DNA from: Vicugna vicugna | Lineage: Eukaryota | Direction of reading: 5' to 3' | DNA: 64,000 nucleotides | NCBI GenBank assembly: GCA_013265495.1 | Contig: MU057711.1 | Span: 2,058,844-2,122,843 of the forward strand | In this document: piece after piece, positions 13,238 to 26,830 of the stretch | Layout: every line of letters begins with the position of its first letter | How positions within the stretch are numbered: the stretch's first letter is position 1 | Made by a program: the position numbers and the translations under genes | Notes under the pieces: generated by a model | Databases searched by the model: none | The model's input: the letters and a program-made list of their open reading frames with translations, nothing else | Told to the model about the DNA's origin: nothing

Positions 13238-14164
13238 TTAAGCACCATCTTCCAAGGCATGACCACTCAGCACCATGTTTACCACTCCCCACTAGGGAAA
13301 GAAGGGGAGAATCTAATCCATAGATTTACCCTTTGCAAGTAAATCCATGGAATGGGCTGAAGGGAAGGAGACTAAAGACAGTTTGTCTGGGATCCTTATG
13401 GGTTTTTTGTTCACAGGTGGCCCAGGGAAGCCACTGTCTTTGGCAGAAATGGAATGGTGACTATCAATCAGCTTGATGTGGTTTAGGTAGGTACATACAG
13501 GGGGGCAGGGGGATGGACCAAATAGCTCTGGACAGTCCAGATTTGATAAGAATGGGCAGACAATTGTTGGAGGAGACTGCCTTCATATGTGGTATCCCCC
13601 AAAGCCTAGGACAGAAGCCATTGCATGGGCCCCTTTCCCCAATGAGATAATCAGTGTCCCCAGAGGAAATGGGGCCAGTTTTCCAGAGTCTGATCCTTCC
13701 CCCCAGACACACCCATGGCTGTGGGCAGTGCTTCAGAAGAACTGCTCCAGGATGCAGTGCAAAGCCTGTGGTCTCTCTCTGTTCCCTTCTGGGCCCTGTG
13801 CAAGATGAAGATCCCTATGGCCTGGGACTGGAGAGCGGGAGGTTTAAATAACATGCTGCGAAACATAGCAAAGGCCCACAAAGGCACTGCAAAGAGGCTT
13901 AGACCCAGAGTGTGAGGGTCCTGCCCAGGTCTCAGCTCCACCACTTTCTAGCTGAGTGATCTCGGGCTTGTTAGTGACTTTGCTGCAAGTAACAGAAGAT
14001 GCAATCCAAAATGGCTTACATGATGAGAAGATTTTTTTTTCTTGAATAACGAAAAGCTCCAAGTTACGGCAAGTAAACCAGGCTTGGTTAATTCAGCAAC
14101 TCAACTACATCATCAAGGAGCAGATTCCTTTTATATTTCTGCCCTGCTATCTGCAGTAGATTGG

Positions 14165-14571
14165 AAGAGAGGCCTCATTCTTTATCCTTCATCCATGCCC
14201 TCTGCCCTGTGACTTTGCAGTGCCCACACCCCCAGAGAAGTCACAGGCCTTGTCCCCTTTGACTCTAGGCTCAGTCATGTGGTTTGCTTTGACTTATGTG
14301 ATGTTAACACAGGGATGCAGGATGTTAACACAGGGATGCACAGGATGCAGGCAGAAGCTTGAAATGAAAATGTACCTGGGGTTTGTCCTTTGCACCTCTG
14401 CCATCACCTGAGAACCTGCTGGAGGATGAGCAACATGTGGGGCAGATCTAAGCCAGCCTAGATCAGGGGACTCCAGTCCAATGAGCAATGAATGCTTCTT
14501 GCTGAATGCCTTTAAAATTTTGAGGGGGGTTTTGTTATGCAGCATTGCTGTGGTCATAAATAACTGATACA
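14165..14571 (+). mobile_element. MaLR LTR (MLT1H/I-like) with internal 21-bp tandem duplication at 14300-14340
   Basis: tgtgactttgcagtgccc...ggggttttgttatgcagcattg...aactgataca terminus. Confidence 0.6.
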
Positions 14572-14593
14572 GGTCTCTAGCACACTGGGTCTT

Positions 14594-14728
14594 TTTTTTA
14601 CATTTTTGGGGGGCTTTTTGGGGGGTAATTAGGTCTATTTTTTTATTTTTTAGTGGAGGTTCTGGGGATTGAACCCATGACCTTGTGCATGCCAAGCTTG
14701 CACTCTACCACTGAGCTATACCTTCCCC
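14594..14728 (-). mobile_element. tRNA-Ala-derived SINE (Vic-1-like)
   Basis: Reverse-complement SINE; TSD tagcacactg(gg/aa)tctt at 14578-14593 and 14729-14744. Confidence 0.9.
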
Positions 14729-16254
14729 TAGCACACTGAATCTTAGACTGACTCTCTTCATGGCTCCAAGGGGTACCACAGTTCTAGTAATTACATGTAG
14801 CCAACAATAACCAGAGGCCAAAAGTAAAAGGGAGTATCCCTAACTTGGATACTTTTACTTACTTCTTTACCAAAGAAAGGAAAACCTACACCCCAACCCC
14901 CAACAGACTTCTCAGCCAGCAATGCATCTCATGTCTATGCGTCTCCAGCAAGAGGAGGAGAGCGACATGGCTTTACCAGCCAAAAATCACTTCCTGGGCT
15001 GTGGAGAACCCACTTTTCTAGGAAAGAAGAGGACAAGAAAAATGGGGGTGAAGAAGGGTATGTGTGTGAGGGTGGGAATGGCTGAGGGACAGGCAACAAA
15101 TAGCATCTCCCACACTCAGTCCCCTAATCTGTCACATGGAAATAACTCTATCCACTTCCCTGAGGGAAATGAGAAAGTGCAGGTGAAAACAGCATAGCAG
15201 ATATTATAATTACGTGACTGTACTACAGGTGGCCTATAAGCCTTTCAAACATGAGCCTTATCCCCTGAAAGAGGCCTCCATTGGATCCTAATGGGGACTA
15301 GAAACATACTAGAAACATACTTTCCCCCAGTCCCCAGTGGTAAGGACCCCTGTATGGTGACTGTCTGAGTTGGGTTCTCTTGCAGTTTGTCCAACAAGAT
15401 CCATGGGGGTAAGGCCACACCGCCACTAGCAGAGCAGTTCTCCTTTGACCAGACCCACCTCATTGTCCATCTGCAGAAGAGGTGGGGCCCAGGGAGGAAC
15501 CAGGAATAGTATGGCCTTGGCTGGTGGGGATAGGTCCACAGCTTGAGGGGCAGTGCTTGTTCTGGAAGAGGGGGGAATAGGGGGCAGAGTGCCTGGGGGA
15601 GCCCTTATGATCTGGGCACCCTCCTCAGGTATCTGTGACATCAAAAGTTTCCAAAGGAAAGGGAATCTCAGGGTGCCAGAGGCTCTTAAGGCTCTCATAG
15701 TCTGGATGTCTGTAAAACTCACTTTTATATGTGGTTCAGCTCACACCAGAGGCAGTTGAAAAATAAGGTTTGGGCAGTGGAAGAAAATTCAGGAATAAAA
15801 TCAGCAAAGCCAAGCCCTGAAACCATTGCCACAGGTCCCGGTCTTCCCCCAGCCCCACACTCCTTTCACTATGGTTAAGTCAGGGACAAAAGCATAGACT
15901 TTCCAGAGGGTTTGTCAGGTCCCTGGCGTAACGCCTGAGTTGACCTGGTGCTTTCCACTCTCCAGGCACTGGCACACACGGACCAGCCTATTGGTTGCGA
16001 CACTTTGCAGCACTTGGATACCCGTGGGTAAGGGACTGGCTCACACATGGAGTATCCGCACAATGGATTTTTTTCAATAATGATAGCTGATGTTATTATT
16101 ATTATTCACAATAGTGTTGGGTTCCACTTCTCCTCCCAGCTCTTAAGACTCTACCTCTAGCAGGATGAGCAGAGCCTGTTGTGTTCCTTCGTCCTCTCGT
16201 ATCCACCTTGCCCCTTCCTTTCCTGCTAGATCTCTCCCTTTCCTTAGCCCTGCC

Positions 16255-16510
16255 CCTCCTGCGAGCCCCGCCCCGCCCCGCCCACTTGCTCCTCCCACTG
16301 GCCTTGCCTCGGTACTGCTGAAGGGCAGGAAGCTCACCGTGTAGTTTCAAGGGGAGGTGGCGAAGCCCACGTGTTTAGGGGCACATACCGAAAAAGGAGG
16401 AGGCCATCCTCTAGGAATGGACATTGAAAAGGGGAAGGCCAAGAGAGAAAAAAGCCAAGCCCCAAATAATGTGTACGCGCATGCGTATGCGTATGCGTAT
16501 GCCTGCGAGG
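16255..16510. promoter_or_regulatory. CpG-retaining patch with tandem GC boxes and an NRF1-like site
   Basis: gccccgccccgccccgccc near 16265-16283; CGCGCATGCGTA at 16476-16487 followed by (TGCGTA) repeats. Confidence 0.35.
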
Positions 16511-19500
16511 ACCATCTCTGGAAGGACACGCGCAAAAAGCCGAGTAGTTGTCTCTCTGGAGAGGAAGGGAGGAGCGGGGGTCCAAGGGCAGGAAGGAAAC
16601 TTCCTCTGAATCTTAGAGCCTTTTGCATTGTTTGAAAATTTTTGTCACGCGAAGTTTTCCCCCGTTTAAAATAGATTCATTTTCAAAGTGTTTTAACTAC
16701 CCCTCCCCCGATCTCATCTAACCCTCCCTGTGGGTAGGTGTAGTTATCCCCACTTAAAAGAAAAGAAGGCCGACTCCCACAGAGTCAGGCTGACAGGTCC
16801 CTGGAAGATTCCAGGCGGGCCTGGACCGGCACCAGCCTCCTTGCTCTCAATTCGGAAGGATTCCAGAATGAGCATGGCAGTTACCTCGAGGGTGAGCCCC
16901 TCTCTGGCCGGCATCCCCAGCTGCCAGCAGCCCGGCCTGCAGGCGCCCTCCAGTCTGAGCGTCGGGGGCTGTGAAGCTGAGCTGGAGACAGAGGAGCGCC
17001 TAGGAGGCTCCGTGTCAGACCTTCCTGACGGGGATCAGCGGCGAGGCCTTAACCTGTCCGCCATCCCTGTTCCCAGCACAGTGCATTGCTCGTAAAATAC
17101 ATTCTTAAAACGCCTGTCATATTTTATCTGATGTTTAAAATTGATTTTCTTTTTGGATGACACACAACATGAACCGGCTGCTCGATGATCTCTTTATCAA
17201 CCATAGACTCCGGCATGACACTCATCGTCCGCGTGTGGACACCACGAGCAGACCTGGAACTGGCCCAAATGCGGGGTTCCAGGAAGGCTTCAGACCTGGT
17301 GGGGGCGGGGGCCAGGGGACCGCCCAGAGGGTTTTCCAAATTACAAACGGGACTGCCTTTTGCTGGCTGAGGTTGCTGGGACACGAACATTGAAACTTTC
17401 AAGCAAGACAGGCAATGCAAAGCCCTAAAATACCAAATCCAAACATGTACTGAGCAGCTACTACAAGCCGGGGTCTGCACTTGGCACTGTCACTTTGTCA
17501 CCTCCTTTGCTTTGCGGAACAGCTGATGAGGTCGTGCTTTATTGTAGTTCTTTTGATTGCCAGAACAAGTCTCCCTGAAGCTAGCACAAGTCACCGGGGG
17601 AGCAGGGGGAAGGAGTGATGCGGGTAGGATGGGACATTGTGGAGTAACAGGGGAGATGGACTTGCTTGAGAACTCATGTCCTTCAATAAATATTTGGCGG
17701 GAGTCTGTGATGTGTCAGGCACCACTCTGGATGCTGTGGATACAACAGAGAACAAAATGGAGAAGAAAAAATCTGTCTTGGGGTGCTGGGCACTTTAAAC
17801 AGAATGATCAGAGGAGGCTTCAGCAAGTAGGTACCACCATCGGATCTGAAGGACAAAAGGGGCGGGGCCTGGGAGGACCAGGAGTATGAAGAGTGGGAAA
17901 GGGGTGGTCCAAGGCAATATTGGCCCCAAGGTGCAGCAAAAATTATTGGCAGCCTAGGATTGGCTGCCCTGGGTCAGGTGCCCACCCCTGGTCCAACCAG
18001 CACTGGCCAGGGGTTAAGTGGCCTCTGGGCAGAGCTGATTCACTGGGAGATGCTGTGGGTGCCTCCCCCACTACCCCTGGGAGGGAAAAAGGGGAGGGGG
18101 ATCCCACCAACCCAGCCAAGAAACAGCAACTTCATTTTACAGTAAGGACCCTCCAAGGGCTTAACTCTGGAACTACCCTGTCAGATGTGGCCCATAGAAA
18201 CATTTTGTTTGCCTTGTTGGTGTGTTGTTTTAATTGAAATTCTCAAAATGGGAAATCATCTATAACAACTCAGATTTTAAAAAATTTTCTTAAGAACAGT
18301 CATCAGATCTGAAAACTCTGGCGCCTCATTTTTCCGCCAGGTACTAGTGGGCTGGAGTAACCAGCCCTTCAGGTGGGGCGTCAGGTGCAGCTCTCCCTCA
18401 TTTATGCTGCTGCCTGGCCCCTCTGGCCATCTGATTTGCAACATTGATCTAAAGGTTTGTCCAGGATCACGGAGGGGCTGGTGGGAGTTGGGCAGGGTCT
18501 CCTTTGAGTCCCGGGGTGCTGCTCTGCTGCCGCATCCTACGACTGCTCCCTGTTAGCTGTGGCAGCCGGTCCAGGGGTGCCCTGCCACTAAAGGACTCCC
18601 TGAGCAGACAGGAAAGGGTGGGCTCCCAGGGGCTCTGCTCCCCACCTCTGCCAGTGATGCGTCATTCTTGCTCCTTAGGGTCCTCTCACCGCTTCCCATG
18701 AGCCACTAACATTTATTTTTTCAAAAGGTTTTCCTGAGCAGAAAGAATGAGAACTCCTGGGGTAAGCTTGGGTTTGGGAAGCAGTGCTATGGTCATTCCT
18801 CTTGGGTTCCCCCAAGTCTGAGTGCTGTGTGAGGCTCAGTGGGCCCATCTGAATGGTGACCGAGTAATGGACCAAATGCCACACGCCAAGTCCACGGGCC
18901 TCAGAAGGACCTGGCTTTGTCCCAGAGGGACAACTTTCTCTCTGGCCAGCAGGCTTCCAGCAAGAGGCTCAAGGTGGGGGTTTAGGGGAACGGTGACGCT
19001 GGGGCATCTGCCTTTCCAGGCAGGTGGGTTCAGGGACGGGGATTGCGGAGGGTAGAGTGGAAGGGGCCTGAGAAGCAGAGCCCACAGGCTCAGACAGGCT
19101 CTAGACTACTGACCATGGCCGCTCCCTGCCTGGGAATGTGCACGCAGCCAGGTCAGCTTGGTTCCTGCAGGCGCCAAGTCTGTGGTAAATGAGGAAGGTG
19201 CACTTCCAGGGAGAGGGAGGAGCACATCCTGGGCAGGTGGGAGGCCTCAGGTACGGCTCAGATGCCCATCTGTGTGCCCTTAGATTTAAAGCCAAGCCCC
19301 ACCCTCAGCCTGTCTCCTCCTGAGGGAGCAGACGCCACGGGCACATAGCTGCCCCTCATCCCCTCCTGCCTGCCTTCACATCACACATTTGTTGAGCACG
19401 TACTACGTGCCTGGCACTGAGCTGGGCTGCAGGTTCAGAGGGCAGCCCTTGAGTAATAATGACAGCACAGAGCTGGGGGACAGGACCGAGGGTCCTGGTG

Positions 19501-21708
19501 GTAGGGGAGGTCTCCGTCTCTCATAAGGAGACACACATTGAAGTGGTCACTTGAACGATGGGGAGGAGTTGGCCACACACACTAGAGGAGGGTCCAGGCA
19601 GAGGCAGAGCAAGGCATGATGGACCAAAGGCAAGCTCAGGGTTCAAGAGATGGGAAGCAGTCCACATGGCTGGCAGTGCGTGGGAGGGAGGACCCGGGAA
19701 GCAGGTGGCCAAAGGCAGGAGAGGTGGGCGGGGCTTCCCAGAGGCAGTAAAGGCCTGGGCTCTGTCCTGAGGCAGCGGGAGTCATGCAAAGACTTTAAGC
19801 AGAGGGTTATCCTGGTGGGACTTGTGCTGGGAAAAGGTGAATCTGCTGCAGGGGAAGGACAGAATGGAGTCAGGACACTTGGTGCAGAAACAGGTCCAGG
19901 CGTTAGTGTCACTGCCTGGGGCAGTGTGTGCGGAGGGGATGTGACAAATACCAGGTGCCCCAACCCTCCCCCACAATCCCAGTGACACAGTGAGGCCTGT
20001 CCCAGGGGGTGAGGCTGGGTGGTGAGGCATTTCTTAATTCTGTTGTGAAAATCCATCTTCACTCCGGGAAATCAAGTGCCTTTCAAAGGCCCAAAGCTGG
20101 AGCTTGCCTTAATCTGGGCAGAAGCATGTCCAGCTTGTGTCACTTTAAAATTCTCTTTGTTTGCGCCATCTGAGAGCCTGGGCTGCTCGGCACAGGGAAT
20201 CCACAAAGGACTCAGTCTGGGCAGGGACTGAGGTCTGGAAAGCTGGCTGCCGGCCCCAAGGAGAACCTATCACTGAAGGGCCAGCCCACGAGGAAAACCC
20301 AGCACACCACTGGCCCTTGGCATCGTGTTGACCACCAGCACTGGTGGTAGCTGTGGAGCAGTGGGTCAGGTGTCAGGAAACAGGAGGGGACACCCTCATC
20401 TCCCAGCTCTGCCCACCTGGAGCCACAATGCACAAGGGCATTTCGAAGGTTTGCTCCTGTGCCTTCCGCACAGGGCAGTGTGGCGTCCCTGAAGGTTTCT
20501 GAGGCCTGAAGTGTCTCCCTGAGCAGTGGCCAGGCCTAAGGGTGGCTTAACCCCACCCTAAATCTCCACCAGTCCCACTAGCCACCCCAAGTAAATACAC
20601 AATCAGGTAAAGGTGGTGTGTCTGATTTTCAGCTTCAAGACAAGCCCCCAGCCCCAACTCCCAGCCAGACTGCCAACCCTTGAGCTGTCCTGGCTGCCCC
20701 GCCTCCAGGTGACCTCACGTAAGACACGGGGTTGGGGTGGGTCCTCAGAGCCAAACCACAACCTGAAGTTTTCAGGGAGCCAGGCCCAGCCTACCCGGGC
20801 CCAGCTTGTCCTGAGGTGGCGGCCTGGCACCTCCATCTCCTTCCACCTGCCTCCTCACAGGCCCATTGTGTCCTGGCTTCAGAAGTCACAGTCCGCCCCC
20901 TTCTGGTGGCTGGAAATTCTCAGGAAGCCGCTGGCTGACAGGAACTTCAGTGCAGATGATGGGGGTGAAGGTGCTGGGCTGAACCTGCCTTGGCTTGGCG
21001 CCTGGGTGCCCCTCCCAAGCCCTGCCTGAGGTGGGCCCATCCTCCCTTCCATAACAAGGGCCTAAGTTGCATGCCTTTGACCTTCCCTCCCTTGTTATGC
21101 AAGGGTCACAGGAACAGGATGGACTGTAGTGACATTCTCCATCTTGAAACTTGTGTCCTGTTACCAGGCCATGCTGCCTTCAGTGACCTATAAATTAAAT
21201 TTTTGAAAGGATTATGCTAATTACCTTGGCACAGTTAAATTTTACCATGTTAGGAACAATTATTTGTTAAATCTATTCATAGTAAGTACACTACAATGGT
21301 AGAAATTTGTTTTGAGGCTTCCTCACTTTTTAACATATGTAAGTTTCAAAACTGGAAATGGCCTGGCTTTGCACACCACCAGGACCAGATACCAGCTGAG
21401 ACATGAGCATGGAAGGCCTTTATCTCAGGGAGTCCGGAGCCTGGGACAGGTTCTAAATTGCCTCTAACAGCAGAGCCTAAAAGCTAAAACAAAGGACTCT
21501 GGGGTCAGCAGATCTGGGCTCAAGTGCAGCCTTCTCCGCTGACTAGCTGTGTGGTATTGGACAAGTGACTTCATCTTGCTGTGCCTCGGTTTCATCATCT
21601 GTAAAATGGGGCTAATACTGCAGCCTTCCCAATCCAGCAGCAGAGTAAGATAAGCGAGACTTCACAGATACAGTATGTAGCACAGGGCCAGTGAACAGGG
21701 GCTTGTTT

Positions 21709-21727
21709 TAGCGCCCCCTGCTGGCCA
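21709..21727 (-). promoter_or_regulatory. CTCF binding site
   Basis: Minus strand reads TGGCCAGCAGGGGGCGCTA, 18/19 to the CTCF consensus TGGCCACCAGGGGGCGCTA; the mismatch is at a C/G-tolerant position. Confidence 0.75.
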
Positions 21728-22339
21728 CAGGAGCATTTGCACTGACACTTCCAGGGCCAGGCTCATGATCCTCCTGCCATGGGTAGAAGCAGCTGGAGCT
21801 CAAAGAGGCCCAAGCAAATCACTGAATAAATGCAGGGCCAGGATGCCTTCCTTTATTTTTGGACTCCATGTCCGGTGCTTTTTCCTAGTCCCAGGTCAGC
21901 CTGTGTTCAGATTTCTAGGTGATCCGGTCTCCTGATGGGCTCCTTTCCTTTTTCCATTCAATTCACTGAGCACCTGGTGAGTGGCAGGCAGGGTGCCAGA
22001 GCCTGCAGGGGAAGGAGGGTCAGACTGGACTCCAGCTCCCCTGGGACTCACATTCTCCTGCAGGAGACAGACAGATGGACGCCCAAGCAGCCATGTATCT
22101 GGTAGGTGCTGCTCAGCACTACCACGGGGCAGGGCTGCAGGCAGGTAACTGGGCTCAGCGGGATTTGCAGGACAGCCCCAGGTATGAGTGTTAGGGAGTT
22201 AGGAGGGAGTTGGGAAGGAGGCTTAGGCTCTAGGAAAGAGTGAAAGGCACAGACCTGGCTTCTCTCCTCTGAGTCTGGAGTTTGTCTTCCCACAATTAGG
22301 TCTGCTGCACGCAGCCCTCTGCACTGTTCTTAGAGGATA

Positions 22340-22860
22340 GTAGTTTAAGCTCTTTTACTTTTAAGTGACAAAAACCACTCAAATTGGATTAAATATAAAA
22401 GGGGATTTACTGGCTCATGTAACTAGAAATGCCAAGACATAGCTGCCTTCCAGTACAATATGACCCAGGGCCTCAGGCAACCATATCACACCCCAGTTTC
22501 TCTCCCACCTCTTGTCTGTGTTCTCCTCTGTGGTACCTTCATCTCAGGTAGGCTCCCCAGGCCCTCCTCTGGGTGCCTCCCTTCCAAACCCAGCTCTAGG
22601 ATGACATCCTAAGTTTGGCAACCCCACTAGAAAGGTTGGGCCGGCCTGGTTCCAAGTAAATTCTAGCGAAAGTCCTGAGGAGGCTCTCATTGGACCAGCT
22701 GGACTCCCAGCCCACCAATCACGAGGCCAAGCCAGTGGGATATGCTGATTGGTCAAGCCAAGTCACATGACCCCCTCTGGAACCCTAGGACAGAAAAGTC
22801 TGTCCCTTGGGCTGAGAGTTGGGAAAGGCTAATTCTCCAAAGAGACATCAAGGTACTGTG
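22340..22860 (-). mobile_element. MaLR LTR (MLT1K-like)
   Basis: aagtgacaaaaaccactcaaattgg...ggatttactggctcatgtaact...ctgattggtcaagcc...gtcacatg. Confidence 0.6.
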
Positions 22861-23479
22861 AGCCAGAATCCCCCTATGTGAGAACAACTGGTGTCTACTG
22901 TAAAAACGGATGTTTTTGATAGCCTCAGGTGTTTTGTTTTTTGCTGGAGGTGGGGTGGGGTGGGTAGATTTTTTTGGGTTTTGGCTCTTTCATGCCTAGA
23001 AGCTGCTGTTCTTTGCCAAACACAGAGGAAAGGTACTAGCACCAGTTTGCAGGCCCATGGACTGGAGACTCCTGTGGCCCCTGCCCTGGCTGCTTGGAAA
23101 TGACCCAGAATGGAGAGGGGCTGCCACTGCTGACTCTCCAGTCCCAGATCACCAGGCTTTTGCCTCCCAAAGATCTGGAGCAGCCCTGACACCCACAGCA
23201 ACCCAGACAGCCAAGGTCTTAGCTCCCAGCGCGAGACCACCAAGCCCCAACATGGATACATCTTTTATTTCAAGAAGCAGTTTAGGGTGCACTGTGTTTC
23301 TAGAAGAATTACCTAAGGTGCATATTTTCTCCCAAGTGTGTTTTATAATTATTGTGCACTTTCATAGGATGATGGTTCTCTCCCTCCTCAGACCCTCCTC
23401 TCCCCACAAAATCTCTCACTGGGTAGATGACAGTTTAGGAGCAAAGTAGGGTATAAGTTTTAAAAAGTGATTGTTCTGA

Positions 23480-25662
23480 TGTGGAAAACCAAAAGAATGG
23501 ACAAAAAACTCCTGGAACTAATATACAATCATAGCAAGGTTGTAGGATATAAGGTTAATATACAAGTCAGTTGCTTTCCTCCACACCAGCAATGAACAAG
23601 TGGAATTTGAAATTAAAAACATAATTACAAAATAAAAAGTTGTTTACATTAGCAGGCCCCCCAAATTAAATACTTCTACATAAATCTAACAAAATATGTG
23701 CAAGATCTATATGAGGAAAACTACAAAACTCTGATGAAAGAAATCAAAGAACTAAATAAATGGGGAGACATTTTGTGTTCATAGATAGACAAATATTGTC
23801 CATATGTCAGTTCTTCCCGACTTGATCTACATATTCAATGCAATCCCAGTCAAAATCCCAGCAAGAAATTGTGTATCAACCAACTGAGCCTGAAGTTTAT
23901 ATGGAGACGCAAAAGACCGAGGATAACCAACTCAGTATTGAAGGAAGAAGAACAAAACTGGGGGACTGACACTACTTAACTTGAAGATGTACTATAAAGT
24001 GGCAGTAATCAAGACAGTGTGGTACTGGCGAAAGAACAGACAAAGACAAATTCAATGGAACAGAGTTGAGAGCCCAGAAATAGACTCCCTATAAATATAG
24101 TCAACTGAACTTTGACAAAAGAGCAACACAATGAAGAAAAGATAGTCTTTTCAACAAGTGGTGCTCGAACAGCAAGATATCCACAGGCAAAAAAATGAAT
24201 TGAGACACAGATCTTGTATATCCGTCACAAAAATTAACTTAAAACGGATCACATACAAACTACTATCTATAAAATAAACAGTAAGGACCTACTGTATAGC
24301 ACAGGGAACTATATTCAATATCTTGTGATAGCCTATAGTGACAAAGAATCTGAAAAAGAATATAAATATAAATACACACAACCACCCAACCCCTACATAT
24401 ATATGACTGAATCGCTTTGCTGTATACCTGAAACTAATGCAACATCGTAAACTACTATAAGTCAATAAAAATTTAAAAAGAAAAAATGGATCACAGGCTA
24501 AAATGTAAAATGCAAAACTCTAAAATTTCTAAACAATAACATAGGAGAAAACCTAGATGACCTTGGGTATGGCAATGATCTTTTTAGATACAACACCAAA
24601 GGTACAACTCATGAAAGAAATAATTCATAAACTGGATTTCATTAAAATTAAGAATTTCTGCTCTACAAAAGGCAAGGTCAAGACAATAAGGAAACAAGCC
24701 ACAGGGTGGGAGGAAATATTTGAAAAAAACACGCAGCTGATAAAGGACTGTTATCCAAAATGTATAAAGAACTCTTAAAATTCAATGAGAAGAAAATGAA
24801 CAATCCAATTTAAAAATGGGCCAAGGACCTTAATGGACACCTCACCAAAGAAAATACACAGATAGGAATAAACACATCAAAAGATGCTCTGTCACATGTC
24901 CTGATTTTAAACCATATTGCAAAGCTGTAGTAATCAAAACAGTATGGTACTGGCATTAAAAACAAAGCATGTAGACCAATGGAACAGAATCAAGAGCCCC
25001 CAAATAAATCCATACATACACAGTCAACTAATATTAGACAAGAGAGCCAAGAATACTCTATGGGGAAAGGATACTCTTTTTAATAAATGGTGTTGAGAAA
25101 ACTGGATATTCACAGGCAAAAGAATGAAACTAGACCTGTATATTACATAACTCACAAAAAATTAACTCAAAGTGGATTAAAGACTTGAATGTAAGACTTA
25201 AAACTATAAAACTTGTAGATGGAAACAGATGAAAAACTCCTTGACATTGGTCTTGGTAATGATTTTTTTGTATCTGACATCAGAAGCAAAGGCAATAAAA
25301 GCAAAACTAAGCAAGTAAAACTGCATCAGACTACAAAGCTTCTGCATGCAAAAGAAACAATCACAGAATGAAAAGAAATGAGAGAAAATATTTGCAAACC
25401 TTGTCTGCATCCCCATGTTCACTGCAGCATCATTCACAACAACCAGGATATGGAAACAACCTAAGTGCACACCAATGGATAAATGGATTTTTTAAATGAA
25501 ATATACATAATTTCCCATATATATTGGAATATTCCACATGTATAATGGAATATTACTCAACCACAAAAAAGAAAGAAAAATCTGCTATTTGCAGCATTAT
25601 GGATGATCCTTGGGGGCAAAAACGTCAAGTAGAGAAAGACAAGTATGGTACGATGTCACTTA
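23480..25662 (+). mobile_element. degraded LINE-1 ORF2/3' fragments with a nested younger L1 3' end at 24254-24482
   Basis: ORF2-like pieces (e.g. LDFIKIKNFCS in ORF 24557-24778); nested insert has TSD aaaa(c/t)ggatcaca at 24241-24253 and 24483-24495. Confidence 0.85.
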
Positions 25663-25664
25663 TA

Positions 25665-25940
25665 CAGGCATACAACAGAGACACTGCAGGTTCAGTTCCA
25701 GATCGCTGCCATAAAGCAAATATTGCAATAAAGCAACTCACATGAATTTTTTGGTTTCCCAGTGCATATAAAAGTTATTTTTACACTCTGCGGTAGTCTA
25801 GTAAGTGTGTAATAATAGCATTATATCTAAAAAAAAAAGTGCATACCAATTTAGAAATACGTTATTACTAAAAATGCATTATCTGAGCCTTCTATGAGTC
25901 ATAGTAGTAACATCAAAGCCTACAGATCACTGTAACAACA
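25665..25940 (-). mobile_element. Tigger1-family (TcMar) terminal fragment
   Basis: TA|caggcatac...gcaggttcagttccaga...aataaagc...ttttttggtttcccagtgcatataaaagtt matches a Tigger1 end as recalled. Confidence 0.8.
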
Positions 25941-26699
25941 GACAGCTGGGTTCCAAGGGTGAGTATACCCAGTCAGGGAGGGAGAAAGGACAGGAGCAGA
26001 GCCGGCAGAAGCTTCATTACCTACCTCCAGAAGGCATGCAGAGTGCCAAGGTCATATTACAAGAAAATACACAGTATGGGAGACAATCGTGGCTCTCTTT
26101 AGAAAATACAACCTGCCCCACTGACCTGCCTCCTGGTATGGCTGAGGCCAAGGTGTTATCTGGGATGTGGTCCCAGGTTTGTCTCCCATCCTCTTCCTGG
26201 AAACTGTGCACCTTTTGTCTACCTGATGCTGGCGCAGATACTCCCCAAGGAGAGCAGGATGAAGTCCCCTCTTCCAGGTGAGAAAACCAGAGCTTACCCT
26301 GGGTCTCAGAGCTTGGGACTGTTTGCTGCAGAGGAAAGCTGGACCCCTGAGCCGGAGGCCACCTCTCTGCTAACTGCTGGACTGCTGTCTGCCTCACCTG
26401 TTCTGAGCAGAAGCCTGCCTCCCTCACAACTCCTTGCGCCCCTCCACCGCCTCCCTGGAGCTGACTGCCCTGACCCATGTGCCCCCTTCAGCTTTCCCTG
26501 GTCTCCCCCACATCCCCAGTCTGTCTCCATCCAGGGCCTGGTACCCTCAGCCCCTCGCTCAGAGCCGGGGACACAGCGCCCAGGCTTACTTACTGTCTAA
26601 CACTCCCTCTCATGCCAAGTGCGGTCCTCCTGTGCCTCAGCTTACCTGCAGACGACCCACGGCCCTCGCTCAGAATCGGCTGCTGAGTCCTCACAGTGT

Positions 26700-26830
26700 G
26701 TCAGCTTCCTCTCAAAAGCGCCTCTGCCAGTGATCACGGGTCTCCAGGCCCACGATACGCGGCGAGCCCGCAGTAGCCGCGAGCGCGCATGCGTGTCCTC
26801 ACGCGGGCCTGTGAACTTCCATGCCCCTTC
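26700..26830. promoter_or_regulatory. CpG micro-cluster with NRF1-like motif
   Basis: CGCGCATGCGTG at 26784-26795 inside a dense local CpG run. Confidence 0.35.

Noticed and set aside
20122..20142. p53 response element
   Set aside because: Only one good half-site (AAGCATGTCC); the second is out of register and mismatched
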